Shown piece after piece: positions 40,642 through 50,402 of a stretch of DNA of 52,945 nucleotides (within the stretch, counting starts at the first letter, position 1; every line of letters starts with the position of its first letter). Source of the DNA: an uncultured Planctomycetaceae bacterium. Its GTDB lineage: Bacteria; Planctomycetota; Planctomycetia; Pirellulales; Lacipirellulaceae. The stretch lies in the NCBI GenBank assembly GCA_963935315.1, contig CAWWCC010000001.1, forward strand, positions 1 to 52,945, given 5' to 3'. The notes beneath the pieces were generated by a model that worked only from the letters and a program-made list of their open reading frames with translations, was not told the DNA's origin and ran no database searches. The position numbers and the translations under genes were made by a program.

Positions 40642-40943
40642 ATGGCCTGGATAGTATCCTTGTCATTCGTAGTGCTGATATGGTTGGCAGCCTACGATGT
40701 GACGCAACGAAAGCATTCAATTCTACGCATCTTTCCGATTGTTGGACACTTTCGGTATTGGCTCGAATATATTGGCCCAGAGCCAGGCAGTATATCGTTG
40801 CCAGTGACAATGAAGAACGTCCGTTTAGCCGCGATCAGCGACGCTGGGTATATGCCTCTTCCAAAAAGCAAAACAATTACTTTGGATTTGGCACAAGCAT
40901 CGATACCGAACAGCAGGCTAGCCATTTAGTTGTCAAACACAGC
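40642..40943 (+). pseudogene. Frameshifted 5' fragment of an FMN-binding glutamate synthase family gene
   Basis: YDVTQRKHSILRIFPIVGHFRYWLEYIGPE in one frame continues as RQYIVASDNEERPFSRDQRRWVYASSKKQNNYFGFGT in another (shift near 40783); similarity ends after about 100 aa. Confidence 0.85.
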
Positions 40944-41720
40944 GGTTGCCATTTCAGCCAATCGTCTTGTGGGGTTTCGTAAAGCTCAAACTGCTGGCCC
41001 GTCGCAGCTTGGCGCCCCAGGTGGTCAGGAGTTGCAAAGGCAACACCACCCGAAGCAATGGTAGGCAGCGTATCCGCATCCAGCTCGATGCCACTGAAAC
41101 CAATACTTATATCCAAACCACTATTGCTCCAGAATTTTGTATCTTCGCAGATCAACTTATGGTATTTGGGTTCTATAAACGCACAGGCCTCAACGGTCAC
41201 TGAATCGTTGGACAATCCGACTGTAAGTATGTGGCCCACAACTACGCCGCGATAGCTGACTGTAGATCCACTTTGCAAACCAAAACGGTCACTGGCCTCC
41301 AGGATGATTTCTAATCCTTCCGACCTATTATCGACTGGAGCAAAAGCGGCTTCCAAGCCATAAAACAAACGACTTGCAGGTGCGGCAACGGGACCCGGCA
41401 GCACTCCTACGTAGCGACCACCAACCAACGTATCAAGCCCCCTTACTTGCCCAATACTAATATCTGGCCGTTCTATCCAAAATCGGGTTCCATCTCGTGC
41501 CAGGTCTGCCGACGCCTCAGTCAATTCGATCCGCACAGTAACGCCATCGAGCTGTTCATTCAGGAGAACTTCTTTGACTTCGCCAACATCGATACCTCGG
41601 TAGCGGACTGCATCGCCAGGCTGCAAGCCATGTCCTGCAGAAAAACAAACTTCAATCTGCGGCCCCTTTGCGCACAGCTGCAAAAACACCAGCACGGCAG
41701 CCAGGACAAAAGCCCAAGCG
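40942..41720 (-). pseudogene. pqiB: Truncated PqiB/MCE (MlaD-domain) gene fused in frame to the pqiA remnant
   Basis: Two MCE domains (GHGLQPGDAVRYRGIDVGEV; GLQSGSTVSYRGVVVG) plus GLDTLVGGRYV; lacks its own start and its C-terminus. Confidence 0.8.
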
Positions 41721-42217
41721 GCAGGTCCAAAACTAAAATGCACCATGCTGCCAAGCTTGACGAGCATCACCATAAAAGCGAGTAGCATGACATCCATCAT
41801 GCTCCACTTACCAACAAATTCCATCATTCGGTAAGTGAATACCTTATGCTGGTTTTTCATCAGACCGAGCAGACTGATTTCTAATAGCAATAGAATTTTG
41901 ACGAGCGGAAAAATAATCGAGAACAACAATACCACGATGCCTACAAACTAATCTCCTTCTCGAAGCAATTCGATCGTACCTATCAACAAACTGGATTCGT
42001 GATGTTTACCAAATTTGTCGATGTGCAAAATGGGCAGTAAAATCGCTGGCCAAAAGAGAACAAATGCGGCCATCGCCGCAGCAGCCGTACGGCTGGCCAT
42101 GTGTGTAGAAAGCTGTGTGATGCTTGATCCACAGCGAGTGCAGACCGCCACCTGTTCCGCCAACATCTTCGGCAAACGATGGATCTGCCAACAACAGTGA
42201 CAGGCTTTTAATTTCAT
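41721..42217 (-). pseudogene. pqiA: PqiA paraquat-inducible protein A with an internal stop
   Basis: CHCC...CTRC, FSIIFPLVK, GKWSMMDV; in-frame TAG at 41948-41950 (EGD*FVGIVV). Confidence 0.85.
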
Positions 42218-42320
42218 ATAAAGTCGTGAACGAACACGTAACAGTACCTATTCTATTCACCCTTGAGAACACAAATACATCTACTGGAATACGCTCCACA
42301 AAACAGGATGGGTTCCATTT

Positions 42321-43256
42321 TTAAACCAATTTCTGGCCAACTCGAATTGAGTTGCCCCGCAAGAATTCTTCGGCGGACATGGCCCGCTTACCGGCGGGCT
42401 GGACTTGCAGTAAACAAAGGGCCCCTTGACCCGTTGCTACCAGGAACTGACTCTCGACAGAAATCACGGTTCCTGGCAGCGTCTCGGTTGAAAAATGGGT
42501 ATCCTTCACAAGGGCTCGATGGATGATCAAACGGACGGGTTCCCCTTCGGATCGCTGCCAGTTTGTGAATGCTCGTGGCCATGGCTGGAGGGCGCGAATC
42601 TGGTTTTTGATTTCTTGCGCGGGGCGTTTCCAATCAATTTGGCCATGCTCTTTGCTCAGTCGTGGGGCCTTGGTGACCTGGCTTTTGTCCTGCATGACCG
42701 AATTGGCAATACCCTCCTCCAGTTGGTCGACAACTTGAGTCACCAGCTCCGCACCCAACTCAGCCATGCGGGCCTCCAACTCGCCAGCCGTTTCGTCGCC
42801 CGATATGGAAATTCGTTGAATACCAAGACAGGGTCCGGCATCAAGACCTGGTGTCATCTGGATAATGGTATTGCCCGTTTCTACATCACCATTCCAAACT
42901 GCCCATTGCACCGGTGCGGCACCACGGTATTTGGGCAATAACGAGCCATGAAGATTGATCCCGCCCAGCCGTGTGACCGCCAAAGTGTCGGATTTGAGGA
43001 TTTCGCCGTAATCACAAACCAAAAGCAAATCAGCCTGCATTGCCGAAAGCTTCTCGCGTGACGCATCGCAATTGACCGTATTCGGTGTCCAGGTTTCGAT
43101 ACCCACTTCGCTTGCAGCAATCGTCACTGGAGAATCAGGCGCACGTCGTCCTCGCGGTGGCCGCGAGATCGCACAAAGAATCTCGTGCTGCGAAGCTTGA
43201 ATTGCTCGCAACGATGGTACAGCAAACGGGCCCGTCCCCAGAAGTATTATTTGCAT
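42321..43256 (-). CDS. fmt: Methionyl-tRNA formyltransferase
   Basis: LGTGPFAVPSL, INLHGSLLPKYRGAAP, GLDAGP, VQPAGKRAM. Confidence 0.97.
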   Translation of the reverse strand: MQIILLGTGPFAVPSLRAIQASQHEILCAISRPPRGRRAPDSPVTIAASEVGIETWTPNTVNCDASREKLSAMQADLLLVCDYGEILKSDTLAVTRLGGINLHGSLLPKYRGAAPVQWAVWNGDVETGNTIIQMTPGLDAGPCLGIQRISISGDETAGELEARMAELGAELVTQVVDQLEEGIANSVMQDKSQVTKAPRLSKEHGQIDWKRPAQEIKNQIRALQPWPRAFTNWQRSEGEPVRLIIHRALVKDTHFSTETLPGTVISVESQFLVATGQGALCLLQVQPAGKRAMSAEEFLRGNSIRVGQKLV

Positions 43257-43373
43257 TGCTGAGTTTCACCTGGCAGGCGATGCCATGGATAATGCCGTTG
43301 ATCCCCAAACCCACCTGTTTCTTGCTGTTATTCTGATACCAAAAGAAATGCTTTGCTTTCGGGAACCCTCACC

Positions 43374-43961
43374 CTAAGTCCTAAGTTTTTCGAGTTCCAA
43401 CAAACGAGTCGAAATCGCCTCATCATTGGGCAATTCGCCAACTTCACGACGGCTTTGAAAATCTAATTCGAATTCTTCAAGCTCCTCCCGCAAATCCGCA
43501 AGCTGAGCAGGAGACAGTCGGTCGATAAAAAGTGTGCCATCAAGATGGTCCGTTTCGTGCTGTACAATGCGTGCAAAAAAACCGTCAAGTTCTCCCACAA
43601 AGGACTCGCCCTTGAGATTGTAAGCTTCAATGGTAATTTTTTCTTTGCGAATAACTGGGCCAAGTAAACCAGGAATGCTCAAGCAGCCCTCCTCTCCTTC
43701 GGCATGGCCCTTGCCTCCCCGCAGCACCGGATTGATAAACACATGCTCGGCTTCTTTGTTTTCGGGATCGCCAGATGGATTGGCCACAAAGAGGCGGTAC
43801 GGCAAATCCACCTGATTCGCAGCCAGGCCAACACCCTCGTGTCGATACATCAACGCGAACATCTGTGCGATCATATCCTTCAACTCAGCATCGACACGCT
43901 TTACTGGTTTAGAAACGTGCCGTAGCGTAGGGTGCGGATAGTGGATTATTTTTAGTTCCAA
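43374..43961 (-). CDS. def: Peptide deformylase
   Basis: GVGLAANQ, EGCLSIP, QHETDHLDG. Confidence 0.98.
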   Translation of the reverse strand: MELKIIHYPHPTLRHVSKPVKRVDAELKDMIAQMFALMYRHEGVGLAANQVDLPYRLFVANPSGDPENKEAEHVFINPVLRGGKGHAEGEEGCLSIPGLLGPVIRKEKITIEAYNLKGESFVGELDGFFARIVQHETDHLDGTLFIDRLSPAQLADLREELEEFELDFQSRREVGELPNDEAISTRLLELEKLRT

Positions 43962-44399
43962 AATAGAACCTGCTCTCCAACGGAATAAATACTTGATGCA
44001 TCCGTATGATACGATACTCGAATGGTACGCGAACAGTACTGGTGGGACCGATTGTCGTAGAATAATCTGTGTACCGCAAAAATTTACTGATCTGACACGA
44101 GCCCCGATAACTAGATTGAGAGCCTTCCAAGAACTCTGTTGGGAACACCTTTTGTGGCGATTGCAAGGCTGGAATGGCTTGGAGGCGCATTCCCGCTCTT
44201 ACGGGGGTATCTAGGGCTACAAAGGCAATACTGAGGGCCACGAAGCGAGCTAAACAGCATCGACAAACATCATTCCAAATGTACGTAGCTGGAGGTGGAA
44301 TGACTCTATAGCTTGCTCGCCTGCTTCATCCACTCCTGTCGCGGACCACGCAGAATCACATGACCAGCAGATTCACACAGCCCATCTAGCCTGTCCGGG

Positions 44400-44777
44400 C
44401 TAGCGCTGTGTCGGATACCAGGGTCCACGAACATAGTGCACCCCAAACTTTTCCATGTTATTCGGCCATTGGGGTGTGTTACGAAAACCCGCGCCGAAGG
44501 GTCCAGGGCCAGGATAGTCACGACCAAATTGATGATCGATGCGACGAAAATGCGTACTCGGCGCTCCCCAGCTCCAATTGGTTTGTAGCTGTGCTGTGGG
44601 TGGAACGACCAGAGCAACAGGTTGGCCATAGGTTGAATTGGAGTAATTCGCATGCCACTTGTACTGTTGTGCTCGGCGCAAAGGTCGTAAGTAACCGGCT
44701 TCGGCGTTGGCAACCGTTTCAAGAGTCATCGAGACGAACATTGTCGCTGCAATTGCGAGGTAAGCATTTTTGAACAC
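44400..44777 (-). CDS. Small exported hypothetical protein (Pro/Gly/aromatic-rich)
   Basis: GTG start after AAGGA; signal peptide ending in ANA or AEA. Confidence 0.7.
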   Translation of the reverse strand: MFKNAYLAIAATMFVSMTLETVANAEAGYLRPLRRAQQYKWHANYSNSTYGQPVALVVPPTAQLQTNWSWGAPSTHFRRIDHQFGRDYPGPGPFGAGFRNTPQWPNNMEKFGVHYVRGPWYPTQR

Positions 44778-44838
44778 AGTAACTATTCCTTGTCACAACT
44801 GGGTACTACGAATAAACAGGAGGCACAAATTGCAAAAT

Positions 44839-45234
44839 TCAATAGCGATAGTTCAAATTATGGAACACGTCCTGCAAACGTAACCCGAACGTTCGATAAC
44901 GCACCTTGGACCGGTTCCATCCAGAACCAGGGACGTGAGCGTAATGGGACCTTGTATGCTTATACATATACTCGTGGGGCATCAGAGGTTGGTAGCTTGT
45001 GTAGGTATGCCCTACATGAGCTGGCACAGGCTGGGGCGAAATATACATCTGGGCAGCCGTACCACAAGGATGGGGTCCCACCTGATAGTTCGCAAAAAGA
45101 TCGTTTTTATCTTGATAACTAATGATGCGTTTCCTACGACCTTCGCTATCGCCTGCACAAGCTGTCAGACTGATCTGCCAGGCTGAAACTACCAGACACA
45201 CAACGAGACTGGTATGAAAAAAACGGGTCGACAT
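44839..45234 (-). CDS. Small exported hypothetical protein (His/Tyr-rich)
   Basis: ATG 45234 after AAGGAGG; signal peptide; HTYTSYQPLMPHEYMYKHTRSHY. Confidence 0.72.
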   Translation of the reverse strand: MSTRFFHTSLVVCLVVSAWQISLTACAGDSEGRRKRIISYQDKNDLFANYQVGPHPCGTAAQMYISPQPVPAHVGHTYTSYQPLMPHEYMYKHTRSHYAHVPGSGWNRSKVRYRTFGLRLQDVFHNLNYRY

Positions 45235-45674
45235 AAATTGCCTCCTTGCAATTCCCACGGTGGGCTCGGGGACATCCATGCGGTATCCGGTCCATTTACC
45301 GGAAAAGTCTCCACACGTTTGCCTCCGCGTGGGAGGTTGGATTTCTGAGCTCAACAGGTAGGTGGCCGGTTGGGCCTGGGTCGAGCTACGGGGGTCTATC
45401 CTAGGGTTTCGACCATGTTGGGTCCTAACGATGAGTTTTATGTAAGGACGATAGAGGTAATGTGTTTTGTACCAAGCGGCCCCCGGATTTTCTTACCTAC
45501 AGGCCCCAACGCGCAGTATGCATCAGCCAGGTATTCGCAGTAGCGGGTGAAATATGCGGGCTCAAGAGGTTTCTAGCCTGCCCTGGGTAGATAGGAAAAA
45601 TGTCGCTATAATCCGCACAATCATTCTAGTTTTACATCCCTCCCCCTTGGATTAGTGCAATCGGAGACGCCCCC

Positions 45675-47774
45675 TTGGCGACCGCAAAGCGTAAAAAAAA
45701 GAAGCCTGCCAGAACGAAAGCAGCACCTAAAAAGGTCAAGAAAAAGAAAAAACGACCGGCCTCTCGGAGCAAACCATCAACCAATGGCTCCGTACCGTCC
45801 AAACGACGGACCACTGCCAAGGCCATGGCCGCCAGCCAGCGCGATATTTCGGTTAGTGAATTCTTTGCCAAGAATCGCCATCTACTGGGATTCGACAATC
45901 CGCGCAAAGCTCTCCTGACGACGGTAAAGGAAGCAGTCGACAATTCACTGGATGCCTGTGAAGAGGCCGGGATACTGCCGGAGATTTGGGTACACATTGA
46001 GCAGACAAAGGGTGACCGATACAAAGTCAGCATTCAGGATAATGGTCCAGGCATTCTCAAAAAGCAGATTCCCCTCATTTTTGGAAAGCTGCTTTATGGT
46101 TCCAAGTTCCATCGATTAAGACAAAGTCGCGGCCAACAGGGAATTGGTATTAGTGCTGCAGGCATGTATGGCGTGCAAACGACTGGCAAACCGGTAAAAA
46201 TTATCTCGAAAGTTTCGGTACGCAAACCGGCCCACTACTACGAAATCCAGATCGACACCAAAAAAAACCAGCCAAAAATTTTGAATGGCCGCGGAGATGG
46301 AGTCGACATCCCCCCCGGAGACAAAGGAACACAGTACATTAACAAGCATGGAATCGAGTGGGTCGATCAGTCGCATGGCACACGCGTCACAATTGAACTT
46401 CAAGCCAAGTTCATTCGAGGTCGTGGAAGCGTGGGAGAATATCTGGAACAAACGGCGATAGCCAATCCACATGTTGCTCTGCACTATATTGATGCGGATG
46501 ACTATGAATACGAATACGAACGATCGGCCAAGTTGCTCCCACCCGAACCGAAAGAAATCAAACCGCATCCCTACGGGATCGAGTTGGGGCGTCTCGCCCA
46601 GATGATCGAAGAATCTGAGGCTGTGAGTACCAGCGAATTTTTTCGGACTCGATTTTCACGCGTGACCTCTCCAGTAGCCAAACGCATCTGTGACAGAGCA
46701 AAAGTCAGCACCCGAGCAAATGTCAGAAAACTTGATCGCTCCCATGCTGAAAAACTTTATCAATCTATCCAGCAGACTAAAATCAGCCCACCTGCCACGG
46801 ATTGTATTTGTCCTATAGGTGAAGATTTGATTCTAAAGGGGCTGCACCAGGTGGTACCTGGTGAATTTTATGCTGCTGCCACTCGCCCACCGAGCGTATA
46901 CCGTGGGAACCCATTTCAGATTGAAGTGGGACTTGCATACGGTGGCACGGCACCCACCCAAAATGTATCAGAAGAACTACTCCTAGAATTGCTTGAGGAG
47001 ACAGACACGCGCACGATACGTCAGTTTTTAATTCACACATTCAACGGTCTGGGCAGCGAAGCTGCCGACAAGCTTGTGAAAGCGGCGTCGCTTAAAACGC
47101 GCCAAAATCCCAGCAAGCTGAAGCCGAAGGAACGACAAAACCTGTTCGTAGCGATGAAAAAAGTGAATGTGTCTGAAGGCCAACAGATGGAAGTGCTCCG
47201 CTACGCCAATCGTGTACCGCTCCAATTCCAGCAGTCCGCATGCGCTGTCACGCAAACTGTTTTGGGCACCAACTGGCGAGGCTATGGTCTAAGCCAATCG
47301 CGCGGGGCCATGCCCAAAGGGCCTGTCTCACTCATGGTACACATTGCCAGTGTCTGGGTTCCTTTTACGAGCGAATCAAAAGAAGCTATTGCCAACTATC
47401 CCGAAATTCAAAAAGAGATCCGCTTGGGTCTCCAGGCAGTAGGCCGCAAACTTGGCATGTATCTCCGTCGCCGCTTGAAAGTAAAGCAGCAGTCCGACCG
47501 GCGCGAAATATTTCTACGCTACCTCAAAGAAGTCTCCACAGCTGTTAGCGACATCAATGGCACCAAGCGGGACAGCCTTTACGAACAACTCGTGCGGGTC
47601 GCCAAAAAGCATACCTCCGAAGCCGATATGAAGCTCGATGACCGCGGCCGCCCCATTGATGATAAGCCGGAAGACCTCAACCTGGGCGACAATGTGCTCA
47701 TTGTTGATCCAAGCACACATAAAGCAGCGATCAATCGCGTTGCTGTCGATGAAGAAGAATCGACAGAAGAGTAA
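45675..47774 (+). CDS. top6B: DNA topoisomerase VI subunit B
   Basis: GHKL motifs [32 protein letters not shown]; H2TH domain; transducer RYANRVPL and [12 protein letters not shown]. Confidence 0.97.
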   Translation: MATAKRKKKKPARTKAAPKKVKKKKKRPASRSKPSTNGSVPSKRRTTAKAMAASQRDISVSEFFAKNRHLLGFDNPRKALLTTVKEAVDNSLDACEEAGILPEIWVHIEQTKGDRYKVSIQDNGPGILKKQIPLIFGKLLYGSKFHRLRQSRGQQGIGISAAGMYGVQTTGKPVKIISKVSVRKPAHYYEIQIDTKKNQPKILNGRGDGVDIPPGDKGTQYINKHGIEWVDQSHGTRVTIELQAKFIRGRGSVGEYLEQTAIANPHVALHYIDADDYEYEYERSAKLLPPEPKEIKPHPYGIELGRLAQMIEESEAVSTSEFFRTRFSRVTSPVAKRICDRAKVSTRANVRKLDRSHAEKLYQSIQQTKISPPATDCICPIGEDLILKGLHQVVPGEFYAAATRPPSVYRGNPFQIEVGLAYGGTAPTQNVSEELLLELLEETDTRTIRQFLIHTFNGLGSEAADKLVKAASLKTRQNPSKLKPKERQNLFVAMKKVNVSEGQQMEVLRYANRVPLQFQQSACAVTQTVLGTNWRGYGLSQSRGAMPKGPVSLMVHIASVWVPFTSESKEAIANYPEIQKEIRLGLQAVGRKLGMYLRRRLKVKQQSDRREIFLRYLKEVSTAVSDINGTKRDSLYEQLVRVAKKHTSEADMKLDDRGRPIDDKPEDLNLGDNVLIVDPSTHKAAINRVAVDEEESTEE

Positions 47775-47896
47775 ACCGGACCACTTCAAGTGTCTAAGTA
47801 GAAACTGGCAAGCAGAAGCTTGCAACAACAATTCTCAACCTATCCACCATGTCACACGCTGACGTGAAATAACTTTTTAATTCTACGAGCAATTCA

Positions 47897-49048
47897 ATGG
47901 CCAAAAAACGCGCCTCCACACCCACTCGCAAGCCCAAAGTCAAACTCACTCCCCGAGACAAAAAGACGATGGCCCGACTTACAGGTCTAGCCGATCGCGT
48001 GGTCAAGGCAGCATCTGCCCGTCGCGATCCAAGTGTCGATATCCCCTCACGCACTCTATCGAATATCCGATATAGCTCACGCAAGCGGATACTCGAGATG
48101 GGCAATAACAAAAATCGTCGGCAATTGTTTGATCTTTCGCAAGCGAAAGCCTACATGCGTACCATGCTGGTTGCGAGCGGATGCAAGCAATTACTTGACC
48201 AGGGCAAGTCGACTAGCTTGAGAGGTTTGTACTACATGCTCAAACATACGATCGAAGGAGCCAAAGAAAACACCTTTGATGAGCAGGGAGAGTGTGACAC
48301 GATCATCGAAGACGTTGAAGTACTACTCGAATCCATTCGAGAAGAACTGCACCTCTATGCCGAAAACCGTGGGGCGATGGTCGGTAATATTACGATCACC
48401 GATCGAGGCGATACGATCAATTGTGCTCGGATGGGTTCGGGGGGATATGCAATTCCTTCGATTGTTGAGCCCGAAATCATTGAGCTTAGTCGCTCCAAAT
48501 GTAAGGCCAAGTTTATTCTCCATGTCGAAAAAGGTACCGTGTGGCAACGATTTAACGAGGACAAGTTCTGGGAAAAGCACAACTGCATCCTCACACACGG
48601 TGCTGGCCAGCCCCCACGTGGTGTGCGACGATTACTGTATCGCATGCACAATGAACTTAAACTACCCGTCTATTGCGTGCTCGACAATGATCCCTGGGGC
48701 TACTATATCTACAGCGTACTCAAACAGGGTTCCATCAACTTGGCCTTTGAATCTCAACGCATGGCAATACCTGATGCAAAATACTTAGGCTTGCGGAGCA
48801 TCGATTATGATCGTTGCGACCTATCCGATAGCGTGAAAATTTCGCTCAATGAAAATGACAAAAAACGTGCCAAACAGATTGCCAAATACCCCTGGTTTGA
48901 GAAAAAGCGCCCCTGGCAAACTGAAATTCAGCGAATGCTTAAAAACGACTTTAAGCTTGAGGTTGAGTCACTGATCTCTAAAGACATCAGCTATGTCACC
49001 GAGGTCTATGTTCCAGAACGCCTGAAAGCCAAAGATTGGCTTGACTGA
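47897..49048 (+). CDS. top6A: DNA topoisomerase VI subunit A (Spo11-like)
   Basis: SLRGLYY (catalytic Tyr), TOPRIM motifs VEKGTVW, GAGQP, LDNDPWG. Confidence 0.97.
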   Translation: MAKKRASTPTRKPKVKLTPRDKKTMARLTGLADRVVKAASARRDPSVDIPSRTLSNIRYSSRKRILEMGNNKNRRQLFDLSQAKAYMRTMLVASGCKQLLDQGKSTSLRGLYYMLKHTIEGAKENTFDEQGECDTIIEDVEVLLESIREELHLYAENRGAMVGNITITDRGDTINCARMGSGGYAIPSIVEPEIIELSRSKCKAKFILHVEKGTVWQRFNEDKFWEKHNCILTHGAGQPPRGVRRLLYRMHNELKLPVYCVLDNDPWGYYIYSVLKQGSINLAFESQRMAIPDAKYLGLRSIDYDRCDLSDSVKISLNENDKKRAKQIAKYPWFEKKRPWQTEIQRMLKNDFKLEVESLISKDISYVTEVYVPERLKAKDWLD

Positions 49049-49106
49049 ATCGATCTAGGAACTAGCCCAATTCACGGATGTGGCTTATGAGACTTTTCAG
49101 ACTCTA

Positions 49107-49561
49107 TTAATTTTGCTGCGGGGCTATCCAGACGTCGACATCCTCCAAGGCAGCAGGCTCAATATTTCGGAGTTTGCTGGTAATTTTTATACTCAGACTG
49201 TTGTTTCGTTCATTGGATTCAGCAATCCTGTGTTCCGGATCAATTTTGGCAAGTGGGCGCACATCTCCATGAAGAAAAGCATGGAGTCGGAAACGTACTG
49301 ACTGATTGACAAGCAATGGTGAAACTCGACCCTTCTGTGTCGCCACCAAAGCCTAATTGGTCAACACCATTCGGGTGTACGCACAACTGCTGCTGGAACC
49401 GTACGACGGCGTGTTACTGCAACCACTGGACGAGTGGCAGCCACAGCCACGCCTGCTGCCGCACCTGCTCGGCGCCTTTGCCTACGTCCAGCCTCAACTG
49501 GTTCGGCCAAAGATACGGCAACTGTAAACAACGCCAGGCAAGAAAGGGCTAAAACTCTCAT
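49107..49561 (-). pseudogene. Probable disrupted exported CARDB-domain gene
   Basis: A signal-peptide ORF (49361-49561) stops just before a segment in another frame encoding KIDPEHRIAESNERNN, a CARDB-type motif. Confidence 0.55.
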
Positions 49562-50000
49562 TTCATTCTCCTGCTCACAAGGGAGCAAAACTGGATAAAA
49601 GCAGATAGCAAATCTGCCCGGATGGGGGATACATGGCCGCCGTTCAATGCTTCGCTTGACGACCGGCCTTTGGTTGTCACTAAAAGAATCGCAAAGCACT
49701 GGGGCTTGTTACACGGAAGACCGAAAAAATTTCAAAGCATGAGAACCCGTTTCGAAACCCCCATGTTTTACCTAGAGTGGCTCCGCGTCGGTTGAAGCTG
49801 AAGTGGATAAATAATGTGGATTCGGGGGGGGCTATCACAAGAAAACATGCATTCCCTCGCCTGCAATGAAATGTCCAATGACTAACGGAAGCAAATCTTG
49901 GGTAACAAATAAAGCTGCAATTCACACCAACATGTGGTCTTTGCCAAGACGCACATGCAGACTCACGCGCTACCTCTGTGAGAGAAATTGGGGCAACCTG

Positions 50001-50402
50001 CTAGGGCTGACCAATATAATCCCACAGCGCGTTGCCCAACACCAGCACGCCTAGCACGGTAGCTCCAATGCTGGTGATCGTTACTGCTCCGCTGGCAATA
50101 TCTAAAGAATCGCGAATACTTTCGTTGTACTCACGTGTAATTGCGTGCGAAAGCCGTTCAATGGCCGTGTTAAGAAGTTCTGCACTCAGTCCTGCCATAA
50201 CAGCGAGTGTAATGATGCACCATTCAATGCGTGTTACGCCCAAAAGCAATCCCGTGACAACCACGACAGCTGTTACACCAAAGTGAGCTATAAAACTTTT
50301 TTCTTGACTCACCGCAACATAAATTCCGCGCCCTGCTACTGCAAACTTCTTCAGCCAACCAGGCTGATGATCGGGTAGTTTTGTGAAATCCTCGTTCATC
50401 AT
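50001..50402 (-). CDS. Prokaryotic diacylglycerol/undecaprenol kinase (DgkA family)
   Basis: AELLNTAIE, DIASGAV and three TM segments; 4-nt overlap with the upstream gene. Confidence 0.9.
   Translation of the reverse strand: MMNEDFTKLPDHQPGWLKKFAVAGRGIYVAVSQEKSFIAHFGVTAVVVVTGLLLGVTRIEWCIITLAVMAGLSAELLNTAIERLSHAITREYNESIRDSLDIASGAVTITSIGATVLGVLVLGNALWDYIGQP

Noticed and set aside
40877-41935. 352-aa ORF as a novel intact PqiA-PqiB fusion protein
   Set aside because: It starts just after an in-frame stop and its last ~20 aa are the antisense of the glutamate-synthase fragment, so it is a decay product.
41948-41950. Amber read-through or recoding in pqiA
   Set aside because: TAG is used as a normal stop in this window (e.g. 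glyA, efp), and the locus has several other lesions, so a nonsense mutation is simpler.
5036-43961. One-carbon/folate supercluster (glyA, GcvR-like, thyA-folA, fmt-def)
   Set aside because: The genes are scattered over about 39 kb in separate transcription units; thyA-folA and def-fmt are ordinary pairs.
44243-44320. Hairpin (GCGAGCTA/TAGCTTGC, TCATTCCA/TGGAATGA) upstream of def as an ncRNA
   Set aside because: Only two short stems with large loops; not distinguishable from chance without comparative data.
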